From assembly GCF_006345805.1 (NCBI RefSeq), contig NC_043001.1, positions 69,998,001 to 70,062,000 on the forward strand: a stretch of 64,000 nt of DNA, read 5' to 3'. Source of the stretch: Octopus sinensis. Taxonomy: Eukaryota. The notes beneath the pieces are model-generated. The model was not told the DNA's origin. It made no database searches and was given only the letters and a program-made list of their open reading frames with translations. This document shows, piece by piece, positions 39,251 through 52,429 of the stretch; the first letter of the stretch is position 1; the number at the start of each line of letters is the position of its first letter. The translations under genes were made by a program, and so were the position numbers.

Positions 39251-40049
39251 ACATTGCATGACTTCGTTTAAGTCATTTATCTCCATAGGTTCTCCTACTA
39301 CCTGACATTGTTCAATTATTTCTTACTCTGGACATTAAATCCCTTACATACTTCTAATCTTCGAAATTGTTTTCAACTACCCAACTAAACCCCATTTGAA
39401 TACACATACTCTCCTCTTCCACTGTGCTACACAACTCTTCCACAGTGCTATACAACTCTTGCAAGAAACTACTTCCACAGTGCTCTAAATCTCCTACAAT
39501 GAAAACTATATAGGCACTACGTCACCAACACACATGTAGATCGCATCTATTAAATACGTTGATTTTTCTCTCTTTGCTATATAATTCACTACATATCCAT
39601 CACATTTGTCAATGTCTTTTAACATCTTTCTCTTAGTCGGGTATATAAACCATCGAATCCCTTTCGTCGCTTATTGCGAAATTTCCTACATCACCCCCAC
39701 TATCTGCTACATGCAATTCTGCCTCATCCGTACATAATATGCTTAGTCCACTGCTATCTGTCCCGTTCTCACTCTTGACTGAAGCCCAAATTTCCTACGT
39801 GGTATCTGCCTTATCACCACACCTTACCTTATTCGTACAATCCGCATTTACTTTCAATCTATTCAACCATCCTCCTACCTCTAAAGTACAACATTGCATG
39901 ATATATCCCACTCCTTAAATTATAAGTGTTATCTGGGCGACGTTCTGAAAATAGATCCTTCACTACACACTTCCCATGTCTTAACCCTATCGCCCGCACC
40001 CATATTGATATTCCAGTTGACACAACTTTCTTTCATGGCAATAATATGT

Positions 40050-40860
40050 ATTATTAATCTGACATGTTCTGCATTAAAACGTACCTACTCTCATACACCT
40101 CCTCCTCCTCCTGTTCTACTTCCTGTCCCACTTCTTGTTTCTGGGGATACCTCGCTTGCATGTGACCCCGTACTCCACAGTGGTAGCAGATGGGAGGTCT
40201 TCCTTCCACTATCCCTCTTAGTTTGACCTCCTTCGGCAACACAATCTCATCCACAATTTTATGTAGATCCGGGACACTGATTTCGACCGTCATCTCAAGA
40301 CCGTGTTGTCCTCGTGACCTTCAGGACATTGGTTTCCTCCACCGCGTTGAAGAGGAAGGCCACCACCAGCCACGTTTCATCAATTTCTGTGGGTACTCTG
40401 CCAATCTCAATTCTGGCCGCACGTTTTCCACAGTAAGTTGGCAGTAGTGTTCACTCATCCGGCCTTAATGGCACAGTGAAGCACTTTATTGCATGTTGTT
40501 CAGTCGCAAACCGTACCTCCACTGTGCCGTACTTCTTGCCTCTGATTTAGTTGGCGTAAGGTGCTTCACCTCCTTGAGGCACGACTCCATTGCTTCAATG
40601 GCTGCTATTTCCACCTTTTTTGCTGAAGTTAGACAGAGTTCTAAAAGCAACCGTTCTTTTCGCTGTTTCCTCCAATATTTCTTTTGGAGGGGGTCAATGT
40701 GTGAGGCTGCTTCCTTCTTTAACAATTAGCTCGTTAGATTTTCTTAGTCTTCGTTCGTCGAATTTTACTTCCTTGACCTGCATAACGTCGCTATTTACAC
40801 CCCTTCCTACTACTCTAGCATAGTTGACGGCTGGTTGAGTGTCCATAACTTCGTTCATCA
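40050..40860 (-). mobile_element. L1/Tx1-type ORF1 remnant with degenerate CCHC zinc knuckle
   Basis: DEIVLPKEVKLRGIVEGRPPICYHCGVRGHMQARYP is CX2CX4HX4C with the last C mutated. A coiled-coil-like N-terminal ORF lies at 40486-40725. Possible endonuclease remnant downstream (~39400-40050). Confidence 0.7.
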
Positions 40861-42131
40861 CAAATGACAGGAAAATTTCCAGAAATTGTTTTCACAAAAT
40901 AACAGTTCAATAAATTTACAGAAATTTTCTACCCCGTAGGGCGAAAATTAGTTTTCCACGGGACAACAGTTCAAATACCAATAACATTTGCAATTCAAAT
41001 ATAACAAATATTCGCAATAACAGAACAGGAAACGAACTCACAAACAACTGAAAACAACACCATGTCGCAGACGAAAAGGAAGTGGCCTTGCTAGATGTCG
41101 CTGCCAATCTGCTGTCGAAAACTTACAGAATTCCAAGTCAAAAACATTCACTGATCTACAAAAATAGAAATATTACTGTTCTAAATATCTTAGAGAGCGT
41201 TATGCATTAACAACACAAGGAAGACAACGTATGCCATGGACTGCACAAGGGTGTCATTGGTAGCAGTTCTCACTATCAGTGAACTGTCTTCTCTTTGTTG
41301 ATAGGTTTGGGGATAATTGATAGAGACAAAGTCAATATGTTAATCAGTTGTCTATTTAGATAGGGCTTCCGATATGTAAAGCCACTCACTGGAGAATAAG
41401 ATAACGGAGATTTAAATGATCTAAATGACAATTACCATTCAAGAGTAGATGTACGATGTACATGCTAAGGAAGAAGCATCTCTTTTCACAGAAAACCATT
41501 TGAACATAAATATTCAGATATGGCAGTATTATGTTTATGCTTACATTAATTACTCCCTAGAATAGAGGTTAAAGGGGATTTGAAAAAATGTAAACGAGAG
41601 TTGAGGGGTTTTGTCAACAGTGAGGAGAGACCTCTTTGTTCAGAGACGGATATTTGGATATCCATAGGCAGATAAACTCAATTGTGCTTATGTTTCACAC
41701 TATTACATACCGCGTTCTCATTGCTTCAATTAGATAACTTTAGTTTTAGCATGTGGTGAGCCCAAACAATTCAAAGCAATTTCGGAACATTTCCCATTTC
41801 ATGTACTAAATATATTTTCTTTGATAATGTATGTATACTTTTCTTTCAATACACTTTTCTTCATAGTTACCATTCAGTATATGGCATTCACTATCCTCCA
41901 CACTATTCGCTGACTGCACTTTTGATTTACTCGGTTGTACATATTCAGTTGAACTTTTATTCGTACTGAACCGAAAACTGTGTGTTTACTGTGTGAGTAT
42001 TAAAAGAAAAAATATGCATATTATATCTACGTATGCGTTTCAGTGCTTAATATTATACGCAAAGGTACACGTACATGAGCATATAAATATCAATATAATC
42101 ATATATACATAAACACACACATACACACGCG

Positions 42132-42173
<42 letters not shown>

Positions 42174-42184
42174 GTTTATATATA

Positions 42185-42244
<60 letters not shown>

Positions 42245-42839
42245 GTTTATATGTACATATATATGTGTATATACCTATCTCTGCATAGGTATATGCATGC
42301 ATATACAAACAGGCATACATAAGCGTATACATGCAGCGAATTTTTTATTCTTTTGGCAGCTGCTTAATATTATTCTATTATTGCATATATTAAGATAGGT
42401 TAATATTTGGATGCTTTCCTTCTATTATGCTGCTTTAAAGTAAAACCTATATCTGACGATCAATCATTTCATTTTCTCTCCTTAACGAGCTTTTATCACC
42501 GACATTACTGGCACTGAATACATTATCTTCGTTTGAAACTTCAAAGTACAAACCCCTTAGATTTGTTATTTCTCCTCATCCCTTCATGCAATGCCTATAT
42601 TCTATCTCACTTAAACAACGTTTCATTGCCCTCAAAGAAGTAAATAAAGATATAAAAGTAAACGTTTACACGCTATGCAATTACATACACATGCACACAG
42701 GTCCGCATATATAACACACATGTTTATATATGTATTATATATGTATATATACGTACAAATATCTATATACATGTATATGCATATATGTATGCATATATGT
42801 ATGCATATATACACTTATATGTATAGATGTTTATGGTTA

Positions 42840-42885
<46 letters not shown>

Positions 42886-43189
42886 TATGCACATACATAT
42901 ATACACATATACATATATAAATATATTTTTGCATATATAATACATATATGTCCATATGTATGTGCATTTACCCATAAATACGTATACCTATATGAATGCA
43001 TACATAGATGTTACATACAAACAGGAATGTATATATGCATAAACGTACTACTACTACTACTACAACTACTACTACTACTATATTCATATATATATATATG
43101 AGTGGGTGGACAAATGAAAGAACGGGAACATTCAGAGAAGTAAATAAAGATAAACAAGTAAACGTTCAAACACGATTTAATTGAACACA

Positions 43190-43370
43190 CATGCATACAT
43201 ACATACTTACATACATACATATATGCATACATACATACATGATACATGCATACATACATACATACATACATGCATACATACATATACATACATACATACA
43301 TACATGATACATGCATACATACATACATACATACATACATACATACATACATACATGTATACATACATAC
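43190..43370. repeat. (TACA)n microsatellite
   Basis: Directly visible. Confidence 0.95.
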
Positions 43371-43397
43371 ACACTTGTATATATATATTATTATATA

Positions 43398-43560
43398 GGG
43401 GCAGGAATGGCTGTGTGGTAAGTAGCTTTCTTACCAACAACATGATTCCGGGTTCAGTCCTACTGCGTGGCAACTTGGGCAATTGTCTTCGAGTGTAGCC
43501 TCGGGCCGACCAATGACTTGTGAGTGGATTTGGTAGACAGTAACTGAAAGAAGCCCGTCA
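43398..43560 (+). mobile_element. SINE family 1 head, ending in a large microsatellite expansion
   Basis: Colinear with 37011-37170, then (TA)/(CA) to ~43870. Confidence 0.88.
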
Positions 43561-43563
43561 CAG

Positions 43564-43608
<45 letters not shown>

Positions 43609-43770
43609 CATGCGTGTGTGTATGTGTGTGTGTGTGTGCATAGCTACACAGATAGATGTGCATATATATATATACACACAAACATATACATATATATATA
43701 TACACACACACATATATATATATATATACAGATATATATACATATATGTATATATATATATACACATACA

Positions 43771-43839
<69 letters not shown>

Positions 43840-44069
43840 GTATATATGTACGTGTGTATGTGTATGTGTAGAGCTATTTGTAGTTTGCTGTTGTTTGCCA
43901 AGTTTGTCGCTCATCATTTTATTTATAATCGCTACCATCAGTATCATCGCTTCTACTATTTCTAGCAATACCAGAATCATTCAATTGTTATCTTAATCGT
44001 AGCGTTTATAGTCATAGAACATAGAAGCATCAACTCTATAATTGATAATACGTCTATTACAGCCTCTGT

Positions 44070-44100
44070 ATATGGCTCAAACTACAATTACTACTACTAG

Positions 44101-44175
<75 letters not shown>
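44070..44175. repeat. (ACT)n(AAT)n microsatellite
   Basis: Directly visible. Confidence 0.96.
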
Positions 44176-44177
<2 letters not shown>

Positions 44178-44231
44178 CTACTATATACATATATATGTGT
44201 GTGTATATATATATGTGTGTGGGGGGGGGGT

Positions 44232-44564
44232 GAAGGCGCAGGGCTAAGTGGTTAGAGCGTCGAGCTTACGATCGTGAGGTTGTGAGTTCGAATCCTGGAT
44301 CGGGCTGCGTGTTGTGTTCTTGAGCAAGAAACTGTATTTCACGTTGCTCCAGTTCACCCAGCTATAGAAATGAGTTGCGACGTGACAGGTGCCAAGTTGT
44401 ATCTGGTGTTGCCTTTCCCTTGGATAACAGTGGTGGCGTGGAGAGGGGTCGCCGGTATGCATGGGCGACTGCTGGTCTTCCATAAATAAACTTACCCGGA
44501 CTTGTGCTGGGAGGGTAACTTTCTAGGTGCAATCCCACGGTCGGTCATGACCGAAGGGGGTCTC
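44232..44564 (+). mobile_element. tRNA-derived SINE family 2, full length
   Basis: GAAGGCGCAGGGCTAAGTGGTTAGAGCG..GAGTTCGAATCC (A and B boxes) plus central domain CTTGAGCAAG..CACGTTGCTCCAGTTCAC. Second copy at 11635-11934 (-). Confidence 0.9.
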
Positions 44565-44571
44565 AAGATAA

Positions 44572-44654
<83 letters not shown>

Positions 44655-44956
44655 TATATATGAGTGGGTCGACAAATGACAGAACGTGGACTTAACACAT
44701 ATATTGGGAGTTTTGTGAGTAGCCATATAGCTTTAATAGATTCTCCAAGATAATTTTTTTTTTTTTAAATAACAGAACTATCTGACTAGATAAAGATAAA
44801 AATCGGGATGATCACGTTCGTGTAGGATCAAGAAAATTTCGAGCACGATTCACATATAGCTTCCTTAAACAACAATACTGACAATATATAAAGAAACATA
44901 TTTAAGTGATATCGTTATTTTGGGTGCTATTGTTAATAATAATGATAAGGCAGCCA

Positions 44957-45120
44957 GCTAACAGAATCATTATCATGCCAGACAAAACACTAGAGCTCGA
45001 TTTTGCCACTCATTCTTTAGGGAACGACAAAATAAGTATCAGTTGAGCACTGGATTTGATATAATCGGCTCAGCCCCTTCCTTGATATTACTAGCGGCCT
45101 GTAAAATTATGAAATCATAA
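44957..45120 (+). mobile_element. SINE family 4, degenerate and deleted
   Basis: CAGAATCATTA..TCGATTTTGCC..TCATTCTTTAGGGAACGACAAAATAAGTATCAGTTGAGCACTGG. Confidence 0.6.
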
Positions 45121-45269
45121 TAATGTTTGACAACGGTAGAAAAGCAAGACGTTTTACTAGAAGCGAGAGAAGGATGAAATAATACCAATCAAGGAAAGGA
45201 AATTTGTAACATTCTGTTACACTTTTACTTATTTATATATTTATATTTATATACATATACATATATATA

Positions 45270-46460
45270 TTAATTGCTTCACCTCTGACCATTCCAAGGA
45301 ACGCCATCTCCTGGCCAGTTCCAAGCACTCGATCTTTTTGCGTGCTGTGGACCGGTTTGACTTTTCCAAGCGTCCCCGACACCTTCACGTCTCCCCAGCC
45401 GAACTCTCGGCCTTTCGATGTCTCCGACACCGCACTGACCCCATCATAAAATCGGCCGACTAGGGTGGAGCCGCGGTGGTGTAGAACGCGGATCTCTACA
45501 AGGCGGAGGCCCTAAGACAACTTCAAGACACCTCCTTCTACTGCCCTTGCCCCCCAACCTCACACCCAGCTACCAACAAACTGTGTCCTCCATTAATCAT
45601 GACATCATCTCCTACTCCTGTCTCGCCCCACTGCATTTAACCTCATTGTCCGCACCCATCGCAATCCCACAATTTACTTCCTGCCCCAAATCCACAAAAC
45701 TAACAGCCCTGGATGCCCCATCATCTCCGCCTGCAACTGCACCAACGAACTCATCTCCAGATATCTTGACATGTCCTTGCCCCCCCCCCTGGTGGCTTCC
45801 CTCCCCGCTCATATCCATGACACCAACCATGTTTTTCGTGTGTTCAACTCTTTCTCCTTCCCTCTTGGCCCTTCTAAACTTCTCTTCCCTCTTGACATCA
45901 AGAGTCTATACACGGAGATCCCTCACCACGTGGGACTCGTGCAATCCAACATTTCCTTGACCTTCGACCCAACCACCAACTTGATACATCCACATTCCTT
46001 CGTTTCGCTCGCTACGTTGATGCCTAAATACTCTCAACTTTCACTGGACCCACTCTTGAACAATATAGTCGTTATATCGGTGCTACCTCACTCTCCTGCA
46101 AACATCTAGACTCGTTCCTCTCTTTTGTCAAATCTTTCCACCCTGCCTTTCTCTTCTCCTGCACTATTTCCGACATCTCAGTCTCCTTTCTCAACATTTA
46201 GGTCAGCATCCATCACTCTACTTTCCCCACCTCCATCTCACACTCTTACCTCAACTTCTCCTCCTCCCACCTTAAACACACCAAGATCTCCCTTCCCTAT
46301 TCCCAATCCCTCCGTCTACGCAGGCTCTGCAGTAACTACCGTGGACCGTGCACCTGCTCTCTGCCCTCGCACCCGCCTCGCCGTCACCCGTCTCCTGTTT
46401 CCCTTCATCTACCACCCCACCATCCTACCTCTCCAACGCACCATTCTCCGTGCTGACCGA
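45270..46460 (+). mobile_element. Neptune-like PLE reverse transcriptase fragment, internally deleted
   Basis: IIKSAD*GGAAVV..LYKAEALRQLQDTSFY; (Y)FLPKIHKTNSPG.PIISACNCTNELISRYLD; LFPLDIKSLYTEIPH; RYI..IGATS..SFLSFVKSFHP; HSYLNFSSSHLKHTKISLPYSQSLRLRRLCS. The catalytic DD segment appears deleted. Confidence 0.85.
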
Positions 46461-46887
46461 ATTACAATGAAACTACACATCGCATCAACAAAAGTTGGAC
46501 AAATGAGTAAATATCAAAAATCATCAAAGCTGTAGGGTGAAAAATCGGACATACTTGGATCAACATTTCGAATTTGTGGCTAGTGCCCCAACTCTCCTCA
46601 GCAAGCATTATCGTATGAGAAACGAACACACATCGTTGTAATCCGTGGAGTTCTGAATTGCCCCGTGCAATTAATATCAGATGATATTGCCCCGTGCAAT
46701 TAATATAGATGAGGGCTTTGCCCGTGGCTAAGTGCTGTTTTAACTTTTATTTCCAGCAAATCTGGTGCTGACTCGATCTCTTAGTGAGCACTGTACTCGT
46801 GCCTTTTGGTTTTTAAATTGCGACTAACCACCTAAATAATTTATACACACACACGCGAGCATGCTTGCATATATATATGTGTGTGTG

Positions 46888-46942
<55 letters not shown>

Positions 46943-47013
46943 GCAAGCATGCGCGCGTGTGTGTGTGTATAATTTATTTAGGTGGTTATATATATATATA
47001 TATCCATATATAT

Positions 47014-47166
47014 GACGAGCTCCTTCAGTTTCCGTCTACCTAATCCACTCAAAAGGCTTTGGTCAGCCCCAGGCTATGGTTGAAGGGTATAGTCCCACCC
47101 AGTGGGACTGAACCTGGAACCACGTGGTTCGTAAGCAAGCTACTTACCACACAGCCACTCTTACGC
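47014..47166 (-). mobile_element. SINE family 1 head
   Basis: Reverse complement of 37011-37170. Confidence 0.88.
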
Positions 47167-47167
47167 T

Positions 47168-47240
<73 letters not shown>

Positions 47241-47839
47241 CATATAATACACTTCATGTGCGTATTTATCTTTCGATATGAATGTGTATGTGTACCTTAC
47301 CTATTTAAATATTTTGCGTTAAGCTTAGTTAATTGCCTGTATGTTGATACATAAGATCATTCATTTGCCCCTCTGGTTTTTTTGTGGATTACTTTGAAGT
47401 TCCCAACATATTTTTAAAACCCATTTGTAGCACGTTACTGTATGTATGCAAATGAATCCTGTTTGCCAAATAAATTATTATTGTTGTTATAGCTGCTGAT
47501 GATGTTGTTGTTGTTGTTGCCGTCGTCGTCGTTGCTCTGTATGTTATATTGGTAGCAAAAGTAATGACAACGAGATGTGCATGTTTGCTGTTTAAACCAG
47601 ATTTTATTTGCATTTCCATTATCTTGATTGCTCGACAATGTTTCTTAAGCTAACACTTCTAAGCTACATTTTCTAGGTATGTTGAAACAGATGAAAACTA
47701 ATGGAATAGAAAAGACATGCATTGTGTATAGCACAGCATTTATAATATTCTAACTCAATTGAACATTTTGAATCCTTCTGGAGACAGATATTATTATAAA
47801 ATTGATGGACGCAAAAAATAGACGAAAACGGTGACTTTA

Positions 47840-47913
47840 TTTATTTATTTATTTATTATTATTATTGTTATTATTATTATTATTATATTATTATTATTAT
47901 ATTATTATTATTA

Positions 47914-47944
<31 letters not shown>

Positions 47945-47945
47945 T
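47840..47945. repeat. (ATT)n microsatellite
   Basis: Directly visible. Confidence 0.96.
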
Positions 47946-48639
47946 GGTTATTTGGGGGAAAATTAAACAAAAATTCCATGTGATTGATGGTTGCAATTTT
48001 GGTAAACTTGTACAAGTTATTTTTTTATAAGTTTTTGTTATTCATCGTATACGCAAATATTCCACTATAAACATATTTGTTGATGTCATATATAGGAAAG
48101 CAAAAATAAAATCCGAAATATCGCATAATATAATTTGAATTGAAAGCCATAAACAGAAACAGTGAAAGTGGGTGACAAAGCGAGAGAGGAACTGATGTAG
48201 AGAGAAAGAGAATAGCAGACAGACACAGTCAAAAGAAGCAAAAGAAATAATATTTCGCAATTCATTCTTCTCATACGCGTGTGCCTCAATGCACGTGAGT
48301 CTATCTTACACACACACGCGCGCGCACGCACACAAACATATGATGTTATAAAGTAGACTGTATCAAAAAAAAAGAGCTACAAATAGATTCTCGCCATAAA
48401 GACACGTATCTAAGCGGGTATTTATAACGTGTCTTGAGTCTTCAAGCAATTTTATGGCTTTGAGCACATGGTTTGCTGTGTCCGTAAGGCTGGACACTGA
48501 GCCACGAGAAACTGCGTAAAAAATTAAGGAGATTGAATCAAAACGTGTAATGAGGAGAGAAAGGGTGAATAAGAAAGGAAAAAGAAAGTAGAGCAGACGT
48601 CATACTTAACTAGTTGTAAAATAATTGAACAAAGGTGTC

Positions 48640-49130
48640 AGCAAAACAGATGCTCAATCCGCATATGGTGCTGTCTTCCAGTTTGCCAAAGAAACAAGTT
48701 TTGCAGATGATTATATTTCCTGAAAATTTCCGATCTGGAATTGAGCAGTGTGGTGATATTCTTGGACCTAAAAAAAATGCGCAATCTTTCAGAGACGCAT
48801 TACTTGCATTTCTTTGGTTCATTTATAATATGCTATGGATTTCCATAGGATTCTGTACATTATTACATGTAGTATGCAGTTTGTCTTCAAACGCCATACG
48901 TGCCTAGGCAACTTAGTGGCTTTACTTCTAAGGATGTAATTTTTCTTTTCAGTTACGTTATCTTGAAACACGTTGTTCGTTGATGTCTGTATTTATCAGA
49001 CACTTCTGGTCAAGCAGGCAATTCTCAGGGCCTCGCCAATTACAATTGTCAGACTGACACGAGACAATGTTGTAACTGATATTACATTAAACTTGAAACA
49101 AATATTGGGATATACATGAAAAACTATACG
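48640..49130 (-). mobile_element. Decayed PLE GIY-YIG fragment (same type as the 9745 element)
   Basis: Minus strand CNWRGPENCLLDQKCLINTDI; ATKLPRHVWRLK; ITTLLNSRSEIFRKYNHLQNLFL match the 'CNCR..ENCPLDGKCL', 'LSKHIW.LK' and 'LNKRSEL..KC.H' motifs. Confidence 0.6.
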
Positions 49131-49464
49131 TGAGAGTGAATATTTAAAGAAAGCTATTCTTTAAAATTTTCAGAATTTTAGTTCAAGCAAAAACAAATCT
49201 TTCGAACTTTGGCCGCATTAGTGACGTTCACAGCTTTAGGAATATAAATATACGTATATTTTATCTTTGACCACTTATGCTGTTTGCCATATCTGACAGT
49301 GTACACGATATTAGTTTCAGTGACTCCTTCATATATATTGCTTATAGCAATATCCGAATTACAACATAGAATCTATATTTCGCTGTCTATATGAAATTCT
49401 GCATATTTTCAAACAAACAGATTAAGTTAAATGTGAAACAGAGTCTATTCGTCTCTGTCGCGAC

Positions 49465-49501
<37 letters not shown>

Positions 49502-49816
49502 TGTGTGTGTGTGTCTGTGTGTGTGTGTTTGTGTGTGTGTATATATGTATGTATATATTGGTGTGAGTACGTGTGTGAGTGCGTGTGCGCGTGCATGTGT
49601 ATATGTATACGTGTATGTATATGTAAAGATATCTGTCCGAGTTTGTATGATTGCGTATAGAAGAATATAATGATAAATGAAATTCCATCCCAGTCTGATT
49701 TTCACGTTTTATTACTTACAATTTTTAGAATTTTACAATATTATAATAATAGAATTTAATATACTTATTCTGATAAAAAATACTACTTTAATGTGTTAAG
49801 CAATCATCAAGTTTAT

Positions 49817-49882
<66 letters not shown>

Positions 49883-49905
49883 ATAGTAGCAGTAGTAGTA
49901 GTAGT
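49817..49905. repeat. (TAG)n microsatellite
   Basis: Directly visible. Confidence 0.97.
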
Positions 49906-49935
49906 ATAGTCGTGTTCCACAATTGACATATATGA

Positions 49936-49976
<41 letters not shown>

Positions 49977-50259
49977 CATAGATATACATGTATATGTATT
50001 CATTCGCATGTATGCTATTGTATTGGATTAATTTATACATTACACACACACACGCACACATACAAACACTCACACGTATATATTATAATATATAATAAAC
50101 GATGAGAATTTTCATTATTTAGTTTAGATGGCGCTGATGTTAGTTTGTCCTTGGTAACTCTCAGTGTAGTTTGCGCTGCTGTCACGTGTGGTATGTGTAT
50201 CTCTCGCTCTGCACGATTACTGTTTTAACTGTGTTCATTGTGTTAGATCACGGATAGGT

Positions 50260-52339
50260 GAGGCTGTATGAACCACCCAGAAAAAAATATTGTTATGTCT
50301 GTTGAAAATTTAATCCTCACGACCAGATGAACATTGCCACTAAATAAAAAAAATATTATTTCATGTGTAAAGTTGGGGACCAAGACAAGCGGTGGGTACT
50401 CATATATGCTGCACCGTATGTTACTCAAGGCTTTCACAGTGGCTGAATCAAAAACGGAAGGGAATTCCTTTTCCTATACCAATGGTATTGCGTGAGACAA
50501 CCAATGATGCCTCTTACTGTTACTTTTGCATAACTAATATTAGTGGTTTCTCAAAGAAATCCAAAGCAAAAGTTGTGCATGCAGAATGTAAGGCGGCCCT
50601 TAAACTGATACCACATGACTTCGAGAACCCTGTCCCAGTTGCCATCTCACATGATTCACTTGAAGACGTTGACACGTCACACAATGAACCCCCTGATTCT
50701 CCCATCGACGACGTGTACGTAGATCATTCTGAGAAAAATGAGCCACGCTTGTTTAAACAAGAAGATTTGAATGATTTAGTAAGAGACCTCGCATTATCAC
50801 TGGAGAAAGCAGAAGTTTTGGGATCCAGGCCGCAGGAACGGAACCTCCTACAGCAAGGTACAAAAATGTCCATTCTCCATTCTCGCCATGAAGGCTTATC
50901 TATCTTTTTTCAAGCAAGACAATAATATTTCTTTCTAACGCTAATGCACTCGTGCAAAAATTAGGACACGTGCATGTGGCTAATGAATGGAGATTGTTTA
51001 TAAACTGGAGTAAGGTTAGCCTCAAAGCTTTGTTGTTACATTATGGTAATGAAAAACCTTCGAATCGATGGAACTCATTCTGAATGGAGTTAATTACTCA
51101 ATTCATAAGTGGAATATCTATGTTGATTTAAAGGTGATTTCTCTCCTCCCTAGACTGCAGCTGGGATATACCAAGTATATCGTATACGTGCTTCTTGTAT
51201 GTTGGGACAGCCGCGATGACAACAATCATTACACTGTAAAAGCCTGGCCTAAAAGCGATGAGCGCATAGTTGGTCGGTACAACGTGCATCATATGCCACT
51301 CGTAAGTCCGCAAAAGCTCTTCCTTCCCCCACTTCACATCAAACTCGGCCTCATGAAAAGCTGCCTAAAAGCAATGACACCCGATGGTTATGGCTTCCAG
51401 TACTTAAAAGTAAAATTTAGTGCAGAGACAAGTTGCGCAAAACTGAAAGCAAGCATTTTCATTGGACCCGAGATGAGAGAATTGACGTCTGATAACAAAT
51501 TCAGGGGTAAGGTGTATTTAGTTGTGCTGATGGCATGAAATTCATTCGTGTCAGTCGTGCAGAACTTTCTTGGAAATAATAGAGCTGAAAAATATGCTGA
51601 TTTCATAAGCAACAGGCTAGCAGTGTACGAAAGAGTGGGATGTCGAATGTCCCTTAAAATGCACTTCTTGCATTCTCATCTCGATATTTTCTCAATGAAT
51701 CATGGTGCTGTTCGTGATGAGCATGGTAAGAGGTTACACAAGGACATATTTGAGATGGAAACGAGGTATCAGGGCCAGTTATATCCACACGTGATGGGTG
51801 ACTACTGGTGGATCCTACACCGGGCGGCCAGCACGATGCATAAGCACAAGAGCAAGCGCCTTAATCTTAAGATCTGAGTATATCAAAAATAAAGTGAGCA
51901 TTCCCTTAAGATAAATATACTATGTACTATTATTTTACAATATTAGTTGCCTTGAACATAAATATACTATATGCAGTACTAATATACTATTATAATAATT
52001 TACCTTGAACTTGACTATTCCTGATACTAATATAGTATTAACACAAAATCCTGAACAGCTACAAAAATTCTGAGTCCGGATTCGGAATCAGCGAACTCAA
52101 TTCCGTGTAGTACAGCACCATTTACCTGCGTAGCAGACAATAAATTGATTTTTTTAACCAATATTATATATATTTGAACGCAGACATCCGCTATATACAG
52201 TACGTATATGCACACATATACATTCACACGGAGTGAAAATTTGATAATGCGTATGTCTGTGTATGTTTTGGAAAGTAGGAGATACGAACCCTCCGAACGA
52301 AACACCGGCATGTAAAGAATCTGATTTAATCGAACAGTA
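50260..52339 (+). mobile_element. Chapaev3-like (CMC superfamily) DNA transposon; transposase pseudogene 50260-51877 plus right terminal region
   Basis: N-terminal Zn-finger GCMNHP..KVGDQDKRW..HICCTVC..PMVLRETTNDASYCYFC; LNDLVRDLALSLEKAEVLGSR; WNIYVDLKVISLL..LQLGYTK; LPPLHIKLGLMK; RMSLKMHFLHSHLD..GAVRDEHGKRLHKDI..METRYQG..MGDYWW. Split by frameshifts into three ORFs. Left TIR not found. Superfamily assignment from recalled motifs. Confidence 0.75.
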
Positions 52340-52429
52340 GATTATATCTTTTATTTGAAATTCCACACAGTACAACTGTTAGTTTCTCGCTTCACTGATC
52401 TGTAATATCAATTTGGTAGTGAAATATCG

